From NCBI GenBank assembly GCA_019828565.1, contig JAHDYR010000038.1:1190552-1254551 (forward strand): 64,000 bases of DNA, written 5' to 3'. The notes below the pieces were generated by a model. It was not told the DNA's origin and did no database searches. It saw nothing but the letters and a program-made list of their open reading frames with translations. The position numbers and the translations under genes were made by a program. Of the stretch, positions 56,978 to 64,000 are shown piece by piece. The DNA is from Carpediemonas membranifera BICM (taxonomy: Eukaryota > Protista > Fornicata). How positions within the stretch are numbered: the first letter of the stretch is position 1; the number at the start of each line of letters is the position of its first letter.

Positions 56978-58898
56978 CACTCTTTGCGGTCGTTGACTCC
57001 GACTCGGTCGTCGATGGCGCTCTCGCGGCTTACTGCGTTAAACGGCGTAAAGGAACACGGTTTGCGTTCACTTTCAGCAGCAGCGCGCATCTGAGCACCA
57101 AGGCTCGATTTTGCGCAATTTCACGCATCCACTCGCACAAAACGTACCAAAACTCCTTGAAAGGAGCTACTTCTCCGCAAAAGACAACGAAAGTAACCAA
57201 AGTGAGATCAAAACAGCGAAATGTTGTGGTATTCCCGTTCTTACTCACTCACAATGTCCTGCCCAGCAGCAGCCGCGCGTTCGCGAGCAGCTTGGGCTTG
57301 TGTCAGCCAATCCACGATGGCTCTGCACTGCCACTTCCAATTGGCAACGAAAACCCGGTCCACGAGACGATCCTTGGCCGCGTTGTCCAGCAGCTTCATC
57401 TCGACCAGCCTCTCTGGCCAGGGCACACCGCCAGCCTTCCAGGGCGCGCAACGGCCGCTCGAACTGACAACAGCAGGCACCATATCAACGTTGAAGTGCT
57501 GATACTGCTTCACCTTATCAGCCCGCGCGTCGGAGACGTAGTCCGAGCAGACGATGTCAATGACGGGTTTCACGCCGCCCTCGTCGGGCCTGACTTCGAC
57601 GTCCATGCGCACTCTGTACGGCCGCAAAGGATGCTTCGCCTCTGCAGACTTCGGCGTCAGCCACCTCTCAGGCCTGGCTGCCACGCCCTCCTCCTTGAGG
57701 GTCCTGATCACTTCGTCCCGGATGGCGTCATGCCGCTGCACCTTTGCGTCACCGCGTAGGCACGGGCACACCACCGCGTGCGACCAGCCCTTCATAGCCA
57801 CAGTACGACTGTGCTTCTCAGAGCAGATCGGGCACACTCCAGCCGCGTCGCTAAAGGCGGGCCGGCCCAGGTGGTCGGCGATCATGGCCCGGTCGACCTC
57901 GTGGCGGTTCGACTGCCTCGTGACAGAGACTGGGTCGGACTTGAGCATAGCGCTGATGATGTTGGGCGCGACGACGCTGTCCTTCACCGCAGGGTTGGTG
58001 TTGAAATTATGTTCCTTCAACAGGCACACCAACTCGTGCTGCGGCTTGTCCTTGCCGACCGCCTTCAGCGCTGCCTCATCCTTGGGCCAATCCTTCACGT
58101 TGGCGCCCAGCGCGAGGACCTTATCCAGGTCGGGCCGGCTGAGGCCAAACTCCAGCAGATGCCGGGAGGCCCCCAGGTAGGCGGGAGCCCAGACATCGAG
58201 CGGAATCGGCAAGCCGAGACCGCCCGCATGCACCGGCAGCCCCTAGCCGCCGGCAGAACTTCTTCATCTCTTCCGCATCGGTGATCTTGTCTTGCAGGAT
58301 GTCCAAGACGGCTGGGGCAATACACTGCCGTTCAAAGACGGCCGTCTTGCCCAGCAAATTGCCCTGGCCTGTGGTAGACTTGATCGTGGGGAGAACGTTG
58401 CGGTAGAAATGTATGGGGATGGTGAGCGCAGACACCCTGACAATCGTCAGAGCCACCGCCGTGGCCTTCGACCCGATCTCCCGGCAGAGCTCCTTGGCGG
58501 CGTCGAGCACGGCCTTCACCTTCTTCAGGATCTTGGTACAGCACTCAACGTGGAAGGCTGAGGAGACGGAGATGGGGATACCCACCAGCTTGAAAGACTG
58601 CGCCCGCGTCACCTGGTCCGAAGCGTTGTTGTCGTCCCGCGACTCGCGATGAGCGACCGCACACTTGGACCGGTTCAACGGCATCCCAACACTCGCAAAG
58701 AGCTGCTCCGACCGAGAGACGAATGAATTCGCCTTCCGGCCCGTCTCGTAGTCTTGCAGGGGGCTCGGGATGGACGCCGAAACGTCATCCTGGTATCCGC
58801 GAACAGTGAAGTCCGGGAATTCCCCGCGCAACTGCGTCAGCAGAGGGAACATGCCCAGCGAGAAGAGGAGTGGGGAGAGAGGATCACCCTGGTGGATG
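56978..58898 (-). mobile_element. CRE-like element copy 2, 5'-truncated within RT
   Basis: Near-identical to 53398-55319; flanked by CTGCATCGCTCGAATTTTATAT on both sides. Confidence 0.92.
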
Positions 58899-59098
58899 CC
58901 TGCATCGCTCGAATTTTATATGCCAGATTTTGCTGGCCACACAACATATACACTCTGCCCGACTCGCGGGCCACCTGACCCTCTACACTCTGTAGATCCA
59001 ACGGGGTTGTCCCGCCGGCCGAGGAGATATCATTAACTCCTAGCTGTCACCTCCCGTGAGGTCGCAACAGCCTGCACCATAAACATCCCATCGAATGT

Positions 59099-59990
59099 TT
59101 ACAGTGGCTTGCCCAAAAGAGACCTGGCGATGTCTCTCTGGACCGCGGGGTGCTGGCGGATGCCATTGCCGGTGTACGCCAGCAGGCTCTTCGCGGAGCG
59201 CCAGTTCCCCAGTGCCATCAGCACGTGCTCAGGAGTGCCGGCGACGGCGAGCTCGGTCGCCGCGCCCTTTCTGAAGCTGTGCCAAGTGACGGAGTCGCCA
59301 AACACTGCTGCGATCCAGCGCCTCATTGCGCCTTCTGACAGCCCCTCTGTCTTGCTGATCGTGTCTCCGTTGACCTTCCTCCATAGTGAATCCGTGTCGC
59401 GCTTCGTGGCCAAGTTGACCCAAAGCTGGAGCGCCTTCGCGATGTTGAATGAGTCAAAGGTGGCGTTGACCACGAGCTTCTTCACCGCTGTGGTAGTCTT
59501 GGTGCGTGCCATGAACAGCGTCGCGTCGCCCTCTGGGCTGAACGTCACGTCTCCCCTCGTCAGAGTGAAGATTTCCTTGCCGCGGCTGACAGTTTGGAAG
59601 CAGAGTGCGGCGAACAAGACCGCCTGGAACGTCTTCGGATCTTGTTTCCAACGTCGGAAACCCGACCGGATTATGTCGCTCGTCACCGGTCGAGCCCCGC
59701 CAGTCAGTCTGGTGGTGGATGCTACGTTGCGGACTGATCGAATGATCTCGCTGCTGTCCTGCGGGGGGGTCCAGTCGCAGATCAGTGGGGCCACTTTGCA
59801 AATCCAGTGTCCCTTCTTGCCGATCGTGTCGGGCCCCGAGGTCTTGGCTTCGCTCATGAGGTGCTGCCTGAGCTGCGCCGCGTGTGATAGCGTGGTGTCT
59901 CTCGACGCGTTGAACTTGACGAGGTAGCCCGCGACTGCCCTGCGTGACGCCTCTAGGCTCAGATGTGAGAGCCTGTCGTGGTGGAGGAGG
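59099..59990 (-). CDS. Tyrosine recombinase of DIRS E
   Basis: R-K-H-R-W-Y residues intact; start approximate. Confidence 0.85.
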
Positions 59991-61890
59991 AACTCGAAGT
60001 CCTGATGATCATCGCGATGAGCCTTATCCTGCCCCTCTCGGCCAGCCGCGACAGCTCGGAGTCCGACAGAAGATCTTGGTTCACTCTGAAGTACATCTTG
60101 GGAACTGATGAGAGGGCTAGCAAGCGGCGGAGTTCTGGTGACGGGATGTCCGGAGTCACTATTATCGCAGCTGACCTCCACGTCTGAGGGGATCCAGTCT
60201 GGGTCGGCGACCGAATCGTCCGAATATGCAGATATGTCGCTGGAATCATCGCTACTGGAGGAGCTGCGAAGACTCTCATCCCCGTCCAGTCCCGAGACAG
60301 GCCGTGTTCTGCGAGAGTCCATCCGTGCTGAGCGAATCCTGGGAGGGCCAGGCGGCGAGTGGGAGCGGCGGTCGCGTCGACCTGCACTGGTCCCCAGTTG
60401 CGCTGGATTCGCTCGAGGACTGAACGCGGGGTCGACCACTCGAGCTTCATGAACCGGCTCAGCCTGTCCGGCTCCACGTTGAGGTGTCCTGCGATGTGAA
60501 GACATCGAGCCACGAGGTTTCTGCTGTCGAGGTGTTGTTGCAGCTCGTGGAGTAGGCTCATGACTGTCTGGTCTGCTCTTGTCGATCCGCCCTTGTTGAC
60601 CCACGAGACTACGGCCGAGTTGTCGCAGAAAACTGTCAGGGTGCGCACCTGCGGCTGTGGAGAGATGAGTTCGATGCCCCGAACGACTGCGAAAAGCTCC
60701 TTTGTGCAGATGTGGGCGTTCACTATGTGCGGGGGGAAGTGCCCATGCGCCGATCTGTTGTTCTCTCCGAGGTATACTCTGGCCCCCCAGCCGAAGCTGG
60801 ATGCGTCGGACGCCACTGTCATCTCCAGGGAGCCTGTCATGTCCCAGAGGGCCCTGAGCTCGATAAATGACTTGGCTGGGCGCTGCTGCAGCAGTGAGAC
60901 CCACTGGGCGAGCTCTTGCTTGAGGGCTGCATCCAAAGGTACTCTGCCTCTCGGCTGTCTTGCTTGCAACGGCCGCAGCTTGAGCTGTGCTGCATGCGCT
61001 GCGGAAGCGAAGAAGGAGAGACGCCCTAGGATCTTGGAGTAGTCGACGGCGCTGATGGAGTCGCTCTCCAACGCGGATATCAACGTCTGCTGATACTTGC
61101 GCGCCTTGTCGCTGGAAAGGCGCACTGAAGTGTTCTCCGTATTGATGAGGAGGCCGAGGTACTCCAAGCAGCGTGTAGGCTGAAGAATACACTTGTCCAG
61201 CCCCGGAATGAGGCCGAGGGAGCGCATGAGCTCGAGGGCCTCGTGTGTTGCCCATGCCAGGTGCTCCTTGCGCGCAGACGATAGGTAGGAAGTCGTCTAG
61301 ATACACGCAAACGTGGATCTGGAGGCGCCTGGCGATGATCTTTGCGGCCTGGATGGTTATTGTCTGAAAGTAGAACGGAGCCGCGGTCCAACCGAAGGGG
61401 AGTCCAGTGTAGCAGAATGTCTCGCCCTCCGGAGTGACCACGCCCAGAAGTGTCCTGTCCTGCTCCCTGACTGGGACTTGAGAGTACCCCGAGCGGAGGT
61501 CGATCTTCGTCATCCAGTCCCCGGCCGTGAGCGTCGCCAAAGCACGTTTGATGCCGAAGAGGCGGAAGACTCGGGTCTCCTCCGTCACGGTGTTGAGTTC
61601 TCGGAGGTCGTGTATTACTCGGATGTCGTCCGAGCCTTTCGAAACAGGGAAGATCGGGGCCGAATGGCGGAGGGACTGCAGGGTCGTTCTGCGGAGAATG
61701 CCCTCGTTCAACAGCTGTTGGAGCTTGGCCCGAACACGTGGGTCCAGTCGCGTCTGTGGTGCGGCCGCCGACGGAGGCGCGGTCAGTGATATTGGAACGC
61801 CGTCTCTGAGAAGGCTGACGACGTGCTCTGAGGCGCCGAAGCGCTCCCAGAGTCGCCACACGTCGCCAGTTATCGATGGGAAGAGGTGGT
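59959..61890 (-). CDS. RT-RNase H-MT-like pol of DIRS E (+1 frameshift at ~61285)
   Basis: LPFGWTAAP, YLDDFL; removing one C restores LSSARKEHLAWATHEALELMRSLGL. Confidence 0.88.
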
Positions 61891-61896
61891 TCTCGG

Positions 61897-62571
61897 TTAG
61901 TTTGACTGCCGGTTGCGACCGCGAGAGCTGCCGCCTCGGCCCCCGCCTCCCGGAGGCTGAAACTTGTCGCCCTTTCGCTTGGCTCCGTGAATCTTAGACT
62001 TGAGCTCGAAGGACTCGATCTGGGACTCGTCGAGGGTTCCTTTGTCCGCGATGGCCTTCCATACCTGGTTCTGAAAGTAGGTGACTGTGACGTCGTTGTA
62101 ATCTTCATCCTTCATCATCAGAGCTCTACGCCGGGCGGAGAGGAGGGGGGAAAGACGCTTGAGGAGTTTCGTGTCTGTAGAAGAGGTGAGGATCGTTTGA
62201 ACCTTCCGAAGGAACTTCGCCTCCTCCAGAAGAGGGCGCTTCTTCGGCAGCTCGGTCATGGCCTCAATGTATGAAAGGGAAGCCATGATGGGGTCTTGTT
62301 CATCTTCTTCAAACGCCAGTTCCTCGTGGAAATCCGCTTCAGATTCGGCGCTTGCGGCGGCCATCCTCTCGAGGATCTTGGTGGATCTCTCCTGAGCTTT
62401 CTGCATCTCCTGCACCGTGGTACGCAGTTCTGCCACTTCCTCGGCCGTCGCAGCCACCGGCTGCGAATCGTTCGTCATCTGGCCGCATAAACTGCGCCGA
62501 CCAATCTTGACCAATGACGCGGGCATCCGGCGATTGCCGGCCTCGCCCACGTCCCGTCGCCCTTGCGACAA
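61897..62571 (-). CDS. Gag-like ORF1 of DIRS E
   Basis: Coiled coil, LLEEAKFL, basic Gly-rich tail; precedes pol. Confidence 0.72.
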   Translation of the reverse strand: MSQGRRDVGEAGNRRMPASLVKIGRRSLCGQMTNDSQPVAATAEEVAELRTTVQEMQKAQERSTKILERMAAASAESEADFHEELAFEEDEQDPIMASLSYIEAMTELPKKRPLLEEAKFLRKVQTILTSSTDTKLLKRLSPLLSARRRALMMKDEDYNDVTVTYFQNQVWKAIADKGTLDESQIESFELKSKIHGAKRKGDKFQPPGGGGRGGSSRGRNRQSN

Positions 62572-62974
62572 TGAGCTGGGGTACTACCCTACCCAAGGGG
62601 GGTTGGACATTTATCTCTTATCTGTCCGGCGGTCTCTTCCGCCATTTCTCTTGGCCTGACTCCATTTTCAGTCGATTGCGCCATCGATTCTCCCGGATCG
62701 AATCACCTCGATTCGTATCCGAAACTGCCACCAGATTCAACCTCTTAGCACGGCGACCCGGTCCCGCTGGGGTCTCGCCCGCGCCTCGGCACTCCAGGGT
62801 GCCCGTGAGCTCATGTGAAACTCCACTCTTTGCGGTCGTTGGCTAGAGTATCCTAGCATCCTAACTCATATCCAAATGGGGGGGAATAATATTTACTCGG
62901 ATTTCCTGTCTCTCCGCGTAAATATTCAGCGTCTTCTTTCGTTTCCCGCGTTCCTCGCGAGACGAGGCAGGTCC

Positions 62975-64000
62975 GTCGGCTCTGTGGGCGGATGTCGCGA
63001 AGAAGGACAGCTTGCCGACCAGCTTCGCCCAGTTCTCCGCCTTCATGCGGCGTTGAGCGAGGGCGTCGGTAATGCACGCTTGGTATTTCTCCGCCTTGTC
63101 GACTGGAAGGCGAAGGGTCTGGTCTGCCGAGTTCAGAAGCAGACCAAGGAACTCGATGCACTGGCAAGGAACCAGAATGCACTTCTCTAGAGATGGTATT
63201 AGTCCGAGGGCGTCCAGAGTTTGCATGGCCCGTGGTAGCTCTGCTTTGAGGTGGGCCTGGCTCTCGGCGGAAGGAAGAAAGTCGTCTAGGTATACGTTGA
63301 CTGTCACGTGGTGCCGCAGGGCGATTACCTTCGCTGCCTGGATCATGGTGGACTGGAAAAAGAAGGGTGCCGCCGTCCACCCGAATCCGAGGGTGCGGTA
63401 GCGAAATGCTCGCCCGTCTGGAAGTACGATCCCCAGGAGAGGCTTGTCGCTGTCCTTGATGCCGAGCTGTGAATATCCAGACCGGAGGTCTATCTTGGCC
63501 ATCCAGGCATTCTTGCTGAGCGTGTTGATGGCCCGTCTGATGCCGAAGAGTCGGAAGGAGCGACGTTCTTTCGAGACGCGGTTGAGACGCGTGAGGTTGT
63601 GTATTACACGAATGTCCTGCCCCTTGGCCACGGCGAACAGAGGGGCGCTGTGGCGAAGTTCTGAAAGTCGTGTCGGCTCGATGATACCATCTTCCTGCAT
63701 CTTGGAGAGTTTGGGTAAGATACGCGGGTCGATCGAGTTTTGTGGACGCGCCGGAGGGGGGAGGATGTGTGAGCTCGACCGGGATCCCTTCTCTGATCCA
63801 GCCCACGACTTGCTGAGAGGCCTTGAATCTTTCCCACACCCACCATCGCTTTTGAGTGGAGGGAAAGGCTAGGACCTCGAGCGGCGGCCGTTGTGGCCGC
63901 CCTCCGGTTGAAAATTACGCCTCTTGCGCTTACCTTTCATCTTGGCGCGGGCTATGATGGCGTCGATGTCTAGCTCTGACTCAATGACGGATGCCTTGAG
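62975..64000 (-). mobile_element. DIRS-type element F (gag C-terminus to stop 63869, RT truncated after LSFFATSAHRA); continues beyond the window
   Basis: IHNLTRLN, IDLRSGYSQ, LGFGWTAAP, YLDD; closest to element E. Confidence 0.85.

Larger units (their letters stand above)
58930..62700 (-). mobile_element. DIRS-type retrotransposon E (gag 61897-62571, pol ~59959-61890, YR 59099-~59990)
   Basis: YLDD, SDAS, CDN, WGPVQVD..VFAAPP; YR TVSRGKEI, RTKT, HSFRKGAA, GNWRS..LLAY; ends approximate. Confidence 0.9.

Noticed and set aside
53376-58919. Three copies of a 20-bp repeat as a possible CRISPR-like array
   Set aside because: The spacers are kb-long copies of one retrotransposon; the repeats are TSDs.
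62745-62843. Minus strand begins GCCAACGACC, like some 5S rRNAs
   Set aside because: Similarity stops after 10 nt; no 5S internal boxes or closing helix.

Overview
Eukaryotic, GC-rich protist DNA. Tiny GT-AG introns and an expanded RCC1-like family suggest a free-living metamonad such as Carpediemonas; this is inference only. Bases 1-10 kb hold six compact host genes: REC-PDE, SPCS1, an RRM protein, an RCC1-like protein, a WD40-ankyrin protein and a long-chain acyl-CoA synthetase. From ~10.8 kb to the end is a nested transposon island with three tRNA genes. It contains three Ty3/Gypsy fragments (two ending in a chromodomain) and seven copies or fragments of DIRS/PAT-type tyrosine-recombinase retrotransposons. 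Three elements stand out. (1) A 16.4-kb DNA transposon with 75-bp TIRs and a Transib/RAG1/Chapaev-like transposase. Its cargo is a kinase, a degenerate tyrosine recombinase, an OTU-like protein, a chromodomain protein, a SET protein, a HEPN protein and a captured host RCC1-like gene, partly in repeat-flanked modules. (2) An 8.7-kb APE-type LINE with a 15-bp TSD whose ORF1 carries a Maelstrom-like DEDD nuclease domain. (3) A CRE-like restriction-endonuclease retrotransposon inserted twice in tandem at the 3' end of tRNA-Arg(ACG), with 20-22-bp TSDs and the tRNA left intact. Most frameshifts in the island are single extra bases in homopolymers and may be assembly errors. Domain calls are by eye, with no database searches.
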